Origin: Octopus sinensis
Lineage: Eukaryota
Length of the DNA stretch: 64,000 nucleotides
NCBI RefSeq assembly: GCF_006345805.1
Contig: NC_042999.1
Coordinates: 153,884,001 to 153,948,000 of the forward strand
Reading direction: 5' to 3'
In this document: piece by piece, positions 52,866-64,000 of the stretch
Position numbering within the stretch: position 1 is the stretch's first letter
How the letters are laid out: the number at the start of each line of letters is the position of its first letter
Notes under the pieces: model-generated
What the model saw: only the letters and a program-made list of their open reading frames with translations
The model's database searches: none
What the model was told of the DNA's origin: nothing
Position numbers and translations under genes: made by a program

Positions 52866-54435
52866 AACCAGCGGACAAAAAGCCATGACATGGGCTCTGC
52901 TGGAAGGAATTTACCAAACATACACAAACACAAAAATAAAAAGAAAAATTGCCTTTCTCCAATGAAGTAGTCTCCCTACTATCACTATCCTTCCCCTATA
53001 ACACCACCTATGTAATGAGGGACAGCAAACCCCTGAAACTGTCTATGTTATCTCTCTCCTACCAATACTCTTCTTTGCTGCAAACCAATCACTTTCCTTG
53101 TTACAAACTACATCCTTCCCTGTAATTCCTCACTGCTATCCATCACTCCTACTCTCTTACATTCACCCATCACTATCTCTTATCACCCTCTCACATCTAT
53201 TACTGGTTTTCTTTTATCACTGCCCCTTTTAACTCTCTGATGCTAGTAAATGAACAAATGGAGATAAACTAGGCAGGATTCTATAATGCACAGCAAGGTT
53301 AGTAAAACAAGGTCAACTAGTCATAGATATCATATCAAAAATGGTTCACAGAAGTAAGATATTGTCTCTAACACATCTTGGTGGGCAGCAATGCCAATTA
53401 AGAACTGTTCCAGTCTACCATGATCTGCCGAACCCATTTCAGCAACAGAAAAGGGATGCAAACTATTGTTGTTGATGATGATGATGATGAATATGTAGTT
53501 AACATTTGTGTAGATTGATACAGACCAAAACCATCCATTAAAGCTGAAGTGTTTTTTGTCAATGTGCTGTGTGTATGCATGTGTTTGTGTACATGTGCTT
53601 ATGTGTATGTGAGTGTGTGTGTATGTGCATGAGAAGGTGTGGGCCTGTGTGCATGTGGTCAAGATCCTAAGATGTGTAGGTCATTACAATCACATTGAGA
53701 TGAAATTGTAAGAGTTCTGTGAAGGATCCATTAGAAGCGAGATGGAGATGTGACAGGGTCAGACTTAAGAAAATATTGTCAGCAGTTCTGGAGGAAACAC
53801 TGGAGTAGGATCTGCCGGGGTTTCCTGATGGGATTCTAAATGATTAAGAGTGCAGCAGCTAAAGCAAAGGAAAAATGATACAATTACAATGGATGATGAC
53901 AGCTGGACGAAACACTGCTGTGATTTGTTTAGTGGTTAAGAAGTGGAGACTAATGAAAGAGTTGGGTTTTAATGTAACCAGAGATAAAGAGAGAGTGTGA
54001 CGGAGGTAATTATAACTCATGGAAATAATCAATAACGACTAAAAGGGAAGAGAAGCAATAGTACCAATATATTTAATTGGTGCCAGCCAAGAAAGAGCCT
54101 CTATGTGGTGCCTGACTGGTTAGAAAAGCAGCGAAATTGCACAACGTTGAGAAAAAAAAATTAAAAAAAAGAGAAGAAATGTCTCAGAAAATGTAATAAA
54201 CTGTATTTTTGAAAATATGGTATTGTTCTATTTAATCCTTTGTTGCCCTATTTTTGCTGAAATACACTTTGTTTGTTTGAATTAATTTAGAAAATAAGAC
54301 TTTAATGAAGTAGCTTTGTCATCATTAAAACTTGTGTTTGGAGCATAAATTAACATGAAATATTAATGGAAAGATTTTTCCGTAATCCCTCAACTATCGT
54401 GAGTGTTACGCTCCAACCCCAACCCACCCTGCATC

Positions 54436-55210
54436 ATCATCATCATTTAGCGTCCGTTCTCCATGCTAGCATGGGTTGGATGGTTCAACTGGGGTCTGTG
54501 AAGCTGGAAGGCTTCATCAGGCCCAGTCAGATCTGGCAGTGTTTCTACGGCTGGATGCCCTTCCTAACGCCAACCACTCCGTGAGTGTAGTGGGTGCTTT
54601 TTACGTGCCACCCGCACAGGTGCCAGACAGAGCTGGCAAACGGCCACGAAACAGATGGTGCTTTTACGTGTCACCGGCACGGGGGCCAGGCAAGGCTGGC
54701 AACGGACACGAATGGATGGTGCTTTTACATGCCACCGACACGGGGGCCAGACAGGGCTGGCAAACGGCCACGAACGGATGGTGCTTTTACATGTCACCGA
54801 CATGGGGGCCAGACAGGGCTGGCAATAGCTGAAAATCTGCAAAGTAGAAACAGTACTGTAATGTGTATGCTTTTTAATTAATGAAAATTGTAGTTGTGAT
54901 ACCCGTGCCGGCGGCATGTAAAAAGCACCATCCGAATGTGGCCGATGCCAGCGCCGTCTTGTCTGGCTTCTGTACCGGTGGCACATAAAAAACACCAACC
55001 GATCATGGTTGTTGCCACTCCTCTGGCACCTGCGCTGGTGGCACGTAAAAAGCACCCACTACACTCATGGAGTGCTTAGCGTTAGGAAGGGTATCCAGCT
55101 GTAAAAACCCTGCCGGATTAGACTGGAGCCTGGTGCAACCTCCTGAATTCCAAGATCCCGGTCGAACCGTCCAACCCATGCTAGCATGGAAAACGGACGA
55201 TGATAATGAT
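54436..55210. mobile_element. Two family B copies in opposite orientation (54436-54835 -, 54880-55210 +)
   Basis: CATCATCAT...GGGTTGG at the left end and CCAACCCATGCTAGCATGG...GATGAT at the right end. Confidence 0.9.
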
Positions 55211-55653
55211 AATGAATTTGTATATATCAATTTTATTATAAATGCAAAACAACACCATGGAGGGATTGACGTAAACTTAAATAATAAACCATGATATATG
55301 GCACAGGATTACTGTAATTTAATCACTTTAAAATAGGAAGTTTGCACTATAGGACCAGGGTTGGTCTCAAAACAGTTAATAATGAAAATTTATCATTAAG
55401 TAAAAGTTGCAACAAAATGCCAACATTAGACATGGCTTCTTTCCAAATCTTATTCTTTAAGTAATTAGTTGAACCATTCAACAAAATCTCGTAGAGTTTT
55501 CAGCCACATGCGCACATACGAACACAGACATGCATAAAGTTGTCAGGAGTATGTTTCTAATTTCTTGGCAAGTCAATTCTGTATTGATAAAAATCTATTG
55601 TAAAATGTCCAAATTCAATTATTTCCTCAGTTATGTCTTTGACTCTCATTTAA

Positions 55654-55967
55654 CCCTTTTCAATACCCAAACTGCCCAGGACTGCTTCCAGTTCTGATAC
55701 AATAAAAAAAAAAAAGAATAAAAAATTAAAAATTAAAAAAAAAAGGAAAAAGTAACCCATAAGCATTCAGATTACTCAGTCAAACGTAATACTTATTTAT
55801 TCACATTATTTTGAATTAATCATGAATTATCTTGTAGCTTTGAGATTTCAATGATGTCACTATACTTTTAGAATGACATTGTAGGGTAGTTATGTGAGGC
55901 CAGATCTGGTCAGTTTAAACAAAACAGAATATTTTGGCTAGATATGGTCAGTTTAAATGCTAATGGG
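55654..55967. mobile_element. Possible piggyBac-type MITE
   Basis: TTAA-CCCTTTT...AATGGG-TTGA. Confidence 0.5.
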
Positions 55968-56261
55968 TTGAAACTTTCTGCCATAATTTTCACCATCGTG
56001 TTCTTAATGTCCTCTTTTCTATGCTTACAGGAAATGGACAGTTTATTGCAGTAGATTTACTACATCCAGATGCTTTTCCCATCACCAACCCTCACCTGTT
56101 TCCAAGCAAGGAAGTATATCTCTATGGTCAGGTATGCTTAGGCAGAATACTGGAAACAAATGACACTGCTTGTAAGACAGTGACACTCATTTACAACTAC
56201 CACGCTATGTCAAGACAAGGAGACATCCACATACTATATATACATACATATATATGTATAT

Positions 56262-56463
56262 AAAAAGTGAAAGGGGTACAGTGAAGTTGCTGCAAGGAGT
56301 GGAATATCCAACGTTTCAGATTCAAGAAGAAGAGAAAAAGTAAAGCTGAGAGGATGTCAACTGACTTTTTTCTCTTTTTCTCTGTCCCCTTACAAAGGAT
56401 TGAATCCGAAATGTTGGATATTCCAGTCCTCACGGCAAGTTCCCTGTACCCTTTTTACTTTTT
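56262..56463. repeat. Fold-back element with ~64-bp imperfect inverted arms
   Basis: AAAAAGTGAAAGGGGTACAG...GGAATATCCAACGTTTCAGATTCAA vs TTGAATCCGAAATGTTGGATATTCC...CTGTACCCTTTTTACTTTTT. Confidence 0.88.
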
Positions 56464-57031
56464 CTATATTTTTTTAAGTCTTGCCAATACAGAGCTACTA
56501 GATTGCCTGATTATTATACATATATATATATATAGGGTGGATGGTTCATCCTCTTCTCATTGTTATTTATTTCTCCATTTTCTTATTGACTATATATACA
56601 TTAGACTATGGTTTACCTTTAAATTACCTACTGCCATATACCTTATAACAAGGACCTTACTTACTGAGGTAATTACCAGGAGTGCTTCTGGATATATCTA
56701 TCCGCTAGAGGTTTCAGCACCTCTAACCTATACCTTACATAACATATGTATAAAACACTGTAAGTGGTTGGCATAAGGAAGGGCATCCAACAATACCAAA
56801 CCAGATACTGAAGGTTTCCTGTTGAACCATCCAACCCATGCTAGCAAGAAAAACAGACAGACTATGATAAACTTGCTCTACAATCTTAATGTAATCAGTG
56901 TATATAATATTTGAGTAAATTGAAACGTAATGAATGTAGCTGGAATGGATTACATGAGTGCCACAGATCTGATTGAACAAGCTTAAACTGAAGTTAAATG
57001 ACAAGAATAAAATGCAGACTGCTATTATTAA

Positions 57032-57249
57032 CCCTTTTGTTACCATATTTCTGTTGCAATACATGGACTTCATTTCAATTAACTTTGAAAATAATTAACT
57101 ATTTATAAAAATTACTTTGTCTTTATTAAGCCGGTGTTTAGAACACAAATATGAAAATTTTATGGAAGATTTTAATTTAGATCACTTTAAAATAGGAAGT
57201 TTATATCATAGAACCAGAGGCAGTCTCAAGACAGTTGGCATCAAATGGG
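57032..57249. mobile_element. piggyBac-type MITE
   Basis: TTAA-CCCTTTTGTTAC...GGCATCAAATGGG-TTAA. Confidence 0.8.
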
Positions 57250-57279
57250 TTAACACTACTTCAAGTAACATCAACATCG

Positions 57280-57700
57280 GTCATCATCATCATCAATGTT
57301 TAACGTCCGTTTTCCGTGCTGGCATGGGTTGGATGGTTTGACTGGAGACAGGCAAGCCACGAGGCTGCACCAGGCTCCAATCTGATCTGGCAATGTTTCT
57401 ACAGCTGGATGCCCTTCCAAATGCCAACCAGTCTGAGAGTGAAGTGGGTGCTTTTTACGTGCCACCGGCACAGGAGCCAGTCAGACAGCAATGGCATCAG
57501 CCACAACTACAATTTCCATTTGATTGTGATTTGATTTTACTTGACTCAATAGGTCTCCTGAAGCACAGCATGTCACCTGATGATTCAAAGGTATTTTTGA
57601 ATTGGCTGGTTATGCCACCCTGGTACAGGCTACAACTGTGATCTCACTAGCATATCTCCAGAGGTCTCAATCTTTTGCCATTGCCCCTGGGATATCTCTA
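57280..57700 (-). mobile_element. Family B with extended 5' region
   Basis: Core plus TTGACTCAATAGGTCTCCT, shared with ~38490. Confidence 0.82.
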
Positions 57701-58084
57701 CTGGCACTACATTCCTCTTAGATCCATTACGTAATATCTTTCTCATCTCTCACACTCGCAGGCAATATTTCCTTCAGGTTTACAATGCAAATATTGGCAG
57801 ATCCCACCCCTTCATGCCACATAAACACCCAGCCTTAACTGCTCAGGCCTCTATTGTCAACAGCATTATATGTCTCTCCTATACTCTCCTGACATACTTT
57901 CTTTTGGTTATAGAAAGAAGCAAACCAAGGCCAATAAAAGTATCAGCTCCCGAAATGTTTTCCACCGATTCCACTGGAGTCGGCTTGTTAGTATCAGTCA
58001 TCAATAACTATATCACTCATGTAACCTAACTTATCTACTAATTCTATGATAACAAAATAACAAGCCAATATCTCCAACACGATA

Positions 58085-58773
58085 TTCTTTAAGCTGTTTA
58101 CTTTTCAATTAATTTTGAAAATAATTAGGAAATTTATAAAAATAACATTTCGTATTATAATATTTGTTATTATTATCATTTGTTATTATGTTAATTTAAA
58201 TCATTTTAGAACAGGAAGTTCATACTATAGAACCAGAAGTGGTCTCAGCTGGATTGGAAACAAGAGGATTCATTACTTTGGCACAACAGAGAAGATGTAG
58301 AACTGTGTTCCATTGTACACAAAAATAATTGATATTTCATAAGACTGTCATTTCTTGAGGTAGTTCAAGGAGTTCATTAACCAACCATTTAACTATTTTG
58401 TTACTATATTTCTGTTGAGATTCACTACTTGTAGTAGTTGAATTAATTTTGAAAATATGGAAGAATTTAGAAAAATAAGCTTGTCATTAAGCCGGTGATT
58501 GGAACATCAATTGACAGAGTATTCTGAAGGAAGGGCTTATTTTAGGTCGCTTCTCATGTTAACCATTTTGTTATTTTTGCTTCAACAATAAACTGCATTT
58601 GTTTCAATTAATTTTGAAAAATGAAAGAATATTCTAAAAATAATCACATCATTATTAAAATGGTGTTTTGAAGAAAACACGAGATTTTGGTAGAAGATTT
58701 TAATGCAGATAACTTTACAACTGGAAGCTTGTAAATTAAAACAAAGAGTGGACTCAGGTTGGTATCAAAAGGG
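58085..58773. mobile_element. Three further partial or complete copies of the 57032-type MITE
   Basis: Repeated TTAATTTTGAAAA...GGAAG...AGAACCAGA...TCTCAG; ends GGTATCAAAAGGG-TTAA. Confidence 0.75.
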
Positions 58774-59184
58774 TTAATGAGAAACTTCTAAACAGTGAAA
58801 GTAAATGTATCTATCTGATCATAAAGTTAGACATTGCCTCTTAATGTTACCAACTGCGCAAAAAAAAAAACCGAAATGCAGATTAGATTCCTACAAAGGT
58901 TTTATTATCTGTATCTGTGTTCTTTGAACTTATGTCATTTTTAAAAAATCTAAATTTAAACATGATTAACAGATGAATGTATGTTTGACTTATAAAGCTA
59001 ACTACAAACATGCAAATAAATACAGAGGGTTTACACAAGTAGTTCTCAACCAGAGTCCATATGACTCTTGGGGCGTCAATAATATAAGATTTTGTTAAAA
59101 TTTATGAGCAAGAACCTGGTTATACTTCCACAATAAACAACATATTTTAACAATCTTTAAAATACAATTCCCAATAATATTTAG

Positions 59185-59550
59185 TCATCATCATCGTCTA
59201 ACATCTGTTTTCCATGCTGGCATGGGTTGGACGGTTTGACTGAGGTTTGGCGAACCAGATGGCTGCATCAGGCTCCAATCTAATCTGGCAATGTTTCTAC
59301 AGCTGGATGCCCGTCCTAATGCCAACCACTCTGAGAGTGTAGTGGGTGCTTTTTTACAGGCCTGGCATTGATCATGTTCAAATGGTGCTTTTTATGCGCC
59401 ACCAGCACAAGAGCCAGTCAAAGAGTACTGGCATCAACCACGTTCGGATGGAGCTTTTACGTGCCACCAGCACAGGAGCCAGTATGAGGGTACTGGCATC
59501 GACCATGTTCAGATGGTGCTTTTTATGTGCCACCGGCACGGGAGACAGTC
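59185..59550 (-). mobile_element. Family B inserted in a probable hAT-type MITE (59038-59652)
   Basis: Outer ends AGTAGTTCTCAACC / AGTTGAGTACTA. Confidence 0.7.
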
Positions 59551-60974
59551 ATTAAAATATAATAGGATTTTAAAACAGCAAATGGCTATAGAAGTCCAGT
59601 AGAGGAAGACAGGAATCAAAGGGGGTCATAGCTAAAAAACAGTTGAGTACTATTGTTTTACACTCTTAGACAAAACATAATTTTCCAAGATTTGTTTGAT
59701 CAACTGAATTACTTGGCTTGTTGAATTAACATCTATGTGGCTAAGTTTGCCAAAGACGTGTATCCTAATATAATTCTCAGGTAGATTTACCTGACACAAT
59801 GTGTGACAAGGCTGATGTTTCTATACAGTTTCCTTGTAAATTCATTTACAAGATATGAGTTGAACCAAGGTTCCAAAAAATGTCATTTGCCCAAGCAGAT
59901 AACACAGTGGGACCAAACACTGGATCTCGTTGTAAAGTGAAGTTTTTAACCATTGGGGCATACTGCATCTATTTAACACTAGTAAAAAGATGAATAATGA
60001 ACCAAAGTGCTTTAGGTCCTCTGTCAAATATTCTAGTCTTTACTCTTGCCCTGTTCTAAGGTAAATACTTCAGAGGTGGGTAGAAAAAGAGACATGGATA
60101 GCACAGGATAAGAAAACTCGTACCACAAAAGCAGCAGTAATAAAAATAAAAAAAACATGTTTGGAGTAATGGAAAATGTATTATACAATGGCAGGCGTGG
60201 TACAGAGTGTATAACAAGAGAATTAATGCAGAAGGTGTAAGAGGAGTATTGTAGAGTATGTAAGAGGAGTTTATGCCAGACACAAGAGAAAGATGACAAC
60301 AGTGAAATAATAATCAAAAAAGAAGGATAAAAAAAAAAAAAGTCAAAATGTAATTTGTTTCTGTTCTAACTCTTCCATCACAGAGAAGACAATTACTAAC
60401 TTCAACACAGAAGAGTTCTCCAATCTAACACTATTTTCTATTGTTTTTATCAGCGACTACATTTAAAAATGGAATATAATAATATTGATTGTGCCAAGAA
60501 TGGTGCAACTAGCTAAAGAACTAAATCAATAGAAATAAAAGCGAAAAAGTGTGTACATGTGTGTGTGTGTGTGTGTGAGGAGTGTATTATGAGTGTGTAG
60601 ATATAGGTGTTTGTGCACGTGTCTACATTGCTTGGTGTGTGTGTATGTATGTGTGTCACTAAAACTGAGTATATGAGAGTGTGTTTATCATGTTAAATGT
60701 ATGTGTGTCTGTACTGCTCGGGATGTACATTGTATGTCGTGTGTCCTTCAAGTTAAAATAACGCGTGTGTTTATAGTGCTAGGCATAGGTGTGCTGTGCG
60801 TATGTGTCTGTAACTGTTACATTATACATACAGATAACACGTACTCTAGTATGTTTTACAAGTATGTATAATGTAACAATGTAAGTATACAAACCTGAGA
60901 GTAAAAGAGTGTGTATGTGCATGCATTTGAATGCTAAGAATATGTATATATTGATGAGTGTATGTGTGTGTGTG

Positions 60975-61463
60975 TGTTGGTCTGGTGGTACGTAAAAAGC
61001 ACTATCCGACTCGCGGCCGTGGCACGTAAAATACTCCAATGCGACCGTACGACAGGCACCGATGCCAACCCCCTTTGCTTGTGAAGACATGTTGGGGAAA
61101 TCGAAATCGAAATCGAATTGAACCAGCCAGGATCCCTGGTCTGGTGGTACGTAAAAAGCACTATCCGACTCGTGGCCGATGCCAGCACCGCCTCGACTGG
61201 CTTCCGTGCCGGTGGCACATAAAATACACCAATCTGACCGTGGCCGTTGCCAGCCCCGCCTGGCACCTGTGCAGGTGGCACGTAAAAAGCACCCACTACA
61301 CTCACGGAGTGGTTGGCGTTAGGAAGGGCATCCAGCTGTAGAAATATTGCCAGATTAGACTGGAGCCTGGTGCAGCCTTCTGGCTTCCCAGAACCCTGGT
61401 CGAACCGTCCAACCCATGCTAGCATGGAGAACGGACGTTAAACGATGATGATGATGATGATGA
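60975..61463 (+). mobile_element. Family B with duplicated 5' segment and (AAATCG)n
   Basis: TGGTCTGGTGGTACGTAAAAAGCACTATCCGACTCG at ~60978 and ~61138; (ATG)n tail. Confidence 0.9.
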
Positions 61464-61501
61464 TATATAAATAAATAAATATAAATATATATATATATAT
61501 A

Positions 61502-61735
61502 CTTTATTTAAAAACAGCAGAAATTCAACAAAACCTGTTACTCAGAGTTTCACGTCCCCGTTTGTCGGACAGTTTTGTTAAAATTTTAACAAAACTGTCC
61601 GACGAACGGGAACGTGAAACTCCAAGTAACAGGTTTTGTTGAATTTCTGCTGCTTTTAAATAAAGCATATTACTCTACCCCTGGTATCTGAGTACTCTTT
61701 TTTTCCACCTTGTTTCACATTTATGTGTTTACTCT

Positions 61736-61740
<5 letters not shown>
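61502..61740 (+). mobile_element. Probable Penelope-like pseudo-LTR with an inverted partial copy (palindrome 61502-61665), flanked by (TA)n
   Basis: About 82-bp near-perfect arms around GTTTTGTTAAAATTTTAACAAAAC; each arm carries a hammerhead-like motif. Confidence 0.65.
61595..61632 (+). ncRNA. Minimal type I hammerhead-like motif (U4C variant)
   Basis: CTGT-CCGACGA-ACG-GGAA-CGT-GAAAC-TCCAA-GTA-ACAG; stem I extends to 11 bp with one bulge. Confidence 0.55.
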
Positions 61741-61797
<57 letters not shown>

Positions 61798-61928
61798 GTC
61801 ACTATGAGGATATTTAGACCTCTTATAGGGATATTTTGATCCAAGATACACTGGTTTAATATATTGTATTTTGAAGCGATATTTCTTCAATGAATATATT
61901 ATATAGAATATAAAATATCAAACATTAT

Positions 61929-62202
61929 TATTAAGTTTGAAATTAATTTGTATCGATTAGGATACAGATTAATTTATTAATTAACATCATCACCTACAAC
62001 AGTTTCATATCACAACCAACATTAAAACTACAAAAGATATATAAATATATAATTATGTGCAAGAATATCTATTTATGTTTTGTATTATATATTTATGTTT
62101 CACAGTTTTAATTTTGGGTGTGAAATGAAACAATTGTAAGTGACGATGTTAATTAATAAATTTATTCGTATCCATTCAATCTCTCTGTTTTCAAACTTAA
62201 TA
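61929..62202. repeat. Fold-back element with ~95-bp imperfect inverted arms
   Basis: TATTAAGTTTGAA...AATTTATTAATTAACATCATCAC...ATTAAAACT vs AGTTTTAAT...GTGACGATGTTAATTAATAAATT...TTCAAACTTAATA. Confidence 0.82.
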
Positions 62203-62320
62203 CATATGTGTGTGAGTGTATATATATATATATATATAAATCAGTTGTAGGGTTCATTAGAATAAAGGTATTTTGACATTCAGGACACCAGAAAAGGGTC
62301 AAATTTGACACATACATTAT

Positions 62321-62542
62321 ACTCTTACTCTTTACTCTCTTTTACTCATTTCTGTCATTTGACTGTGGCCATGCTGGAGCACCACTTTTAGTCGATCGAG
62401 CAAATCGATCCCAGGACTTATTCTTTGTAAGCCTAGTACTTATTCTATCGGTCTCTTTTGCCGAATCGCTAAGTTATGGGGACGTAGCACACCAGCATCA
62501 GTTGTCAAGCAATGTTGGGGGGACAAACACAGACACAAAAAC

Positions 62543-62575
<33 letters not shown>

Positions 62576-62760
62576 TACACACATATATATATATATATAT
62601 ACAATGGGCTTCTTTCAATTTCCGCCTACCAAATCCACTCACAAGGCTTTGGTTGGCCCGAGGCTATAGTAAAAGACATTTGCCCAAGGTGCCACGCAGT
62701 AGGACTGAACCTGGAACCATGTGGTTTGTAAGCAAGCTTCTTACCATAGAGCCACTCCAT
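62321..62760 (-). mobile_element. SINE family A, near full length
   Basis: Reverse complement of the 5096-5500 layout. Confidence 0.92.
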
Positions 62761-64000
62761 ATGTAGTGAACCATTAAACACATTTGTGTTCTTTTATGTG
62801 TGTGTGTGTATTTCCAAAACAGACACATATAATGCTAAGAATATGTTTCTGAATGTCTAATGCTCAAAGTGTGTATGTGTGTTGGTGGGTGTGTCTATAC
62901 TGCTTGAGACAGAATATTGATGAAACTTGCTATTGATGCAGAAAGTCAAGTCCTAGAATACTATGGAGTAGAATAGAGAAGAAACCAGCCTAAACAACAC
63001 AGAGGAACAGAACAAGCTCACAGACATCAAAAAACCCATTCTTAATTGATAAAACGAACATATAATCGCAAAGAAGATAAATGAAGAATTCAGCAGACGT
63101 TCAAGACAACTTTTGGAACACTGCTTCATTTCCTTACAAGACTAAAATAAAATTGAAATTGGAAAAAAAAAAACAAAAAAAAACTACACCTCAACTAGTA
63201 TCAAAATAAATTAATTATAGTGGCGAGAGTTTTACATCAAGTATTCTGAAGATGGCTAAGCTAGCCACTCATTCTAACTCTCTTTAGAAATGATATTATC
63301 TTAATATTCAGTTTACTTAGAAGAATTCCTCATTTTTTTTTTTTTTTGGTTTTTCATTCTCTTTTTCTCCCAGAAAATTTAGATAACGGAAGTCGATTCT
63401 CATTGATAAGTTGTCTACAGTAACAATAACAAACAAGCAAATTTAATACAAAACAATGCCAGGTCGTATAGTACTACATCCAGATATTGAGAGAGAGAGA
63501 GAGAAATAAAGAAAGAAGCTCACAATAGTCTTTGGAAGAAAGTAGTGCTCGGGGAGGGGAGACGGATGGAAGAACAATCAAGTCTTTGATTCTTTGAAAA
63601 TTGCCTCAATGTTCGGCAATTTGCCAGATATTTCAGGCAATTTTAGAAGGAAAAAATGCCAATGGTTACATAATGGCCATGATTATGAAATGTGTGTATA
63701 TGTATATAATCTATATATGTACATATAAATATCATACACAAGTGTGTGTGGTTACATATATATATATATATATATATATAAACTGTATCATCTCTATATA
63801 GTCTGTGTAAAAAAGAGATTACACAATACTAAGATAGGTGGTTGACTGTATTTTGATATTCGAAATAGATAATGATGATGATGAGGATGAAATTAGGGAA
63901 ATTTAACATAATGGTTGCTCACTGCTCAAGTTTCTCGTCTGAATTAACCTTCAGGTGAATTGGTTCGGGCAGGGAACTCAGGGTAGTGCAGCAAAAACAA

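Noticed and set aside
23810-63260. Other CTGANGA heptamers (e.g. ~23810, 28138, 41216, 44317, 57576, 63247)
   Set aside because: No stem II + GAAA + UH + stem I arrangement follows, so they are not hammerheads.

Overview
AT-rich, repeat-dense eukaryotic DNA. The repeat families look like those of Octopus (coleoid cephalopod); this is pattern recall, not a database result. The only protein-coding sequence I can support is two small minus-strand exons (22638-22696 and 12780-12867). They splice in frame to ASYTGSSSEEEDINPKDKVQ|[29 protein letters not shown], the Ser-rich IRBIT segment and start of the AHCY-like domain of an AHCYL1/AHCYL2 (IRBIT) gene. The rest of the window appears to be intron of this gene. 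It is filled with several SINE families, LINE relics (RTE-like, CR1/L2-like), a mariner transposase relic, TTAA-flanked piggyBac-type MITEs and microsatellites, including a 2.4 kb (TA)n/(TACA) array. The ORF-track entries are almost all repeat or microsatellite artefacts. The most notable hidden signal is a set of short elements, most of them fold-backs and several next to (TA)n tracts, that carry minimal type I hammerhead-ribozyme motifs. These are near-intact at 7288-7331 (-) and 61535-61632 (inverted pair) and degenerate at about 37.4, 38.1, 56.3 and 62 kb, consistent with Penelope-like pseudo-LTR or retrozyme remnants inside the IRBIT introns. SINE and LINE boundaries are approximate (about +/-20 bp); exon and hammerhead coordinates were counted base by base.
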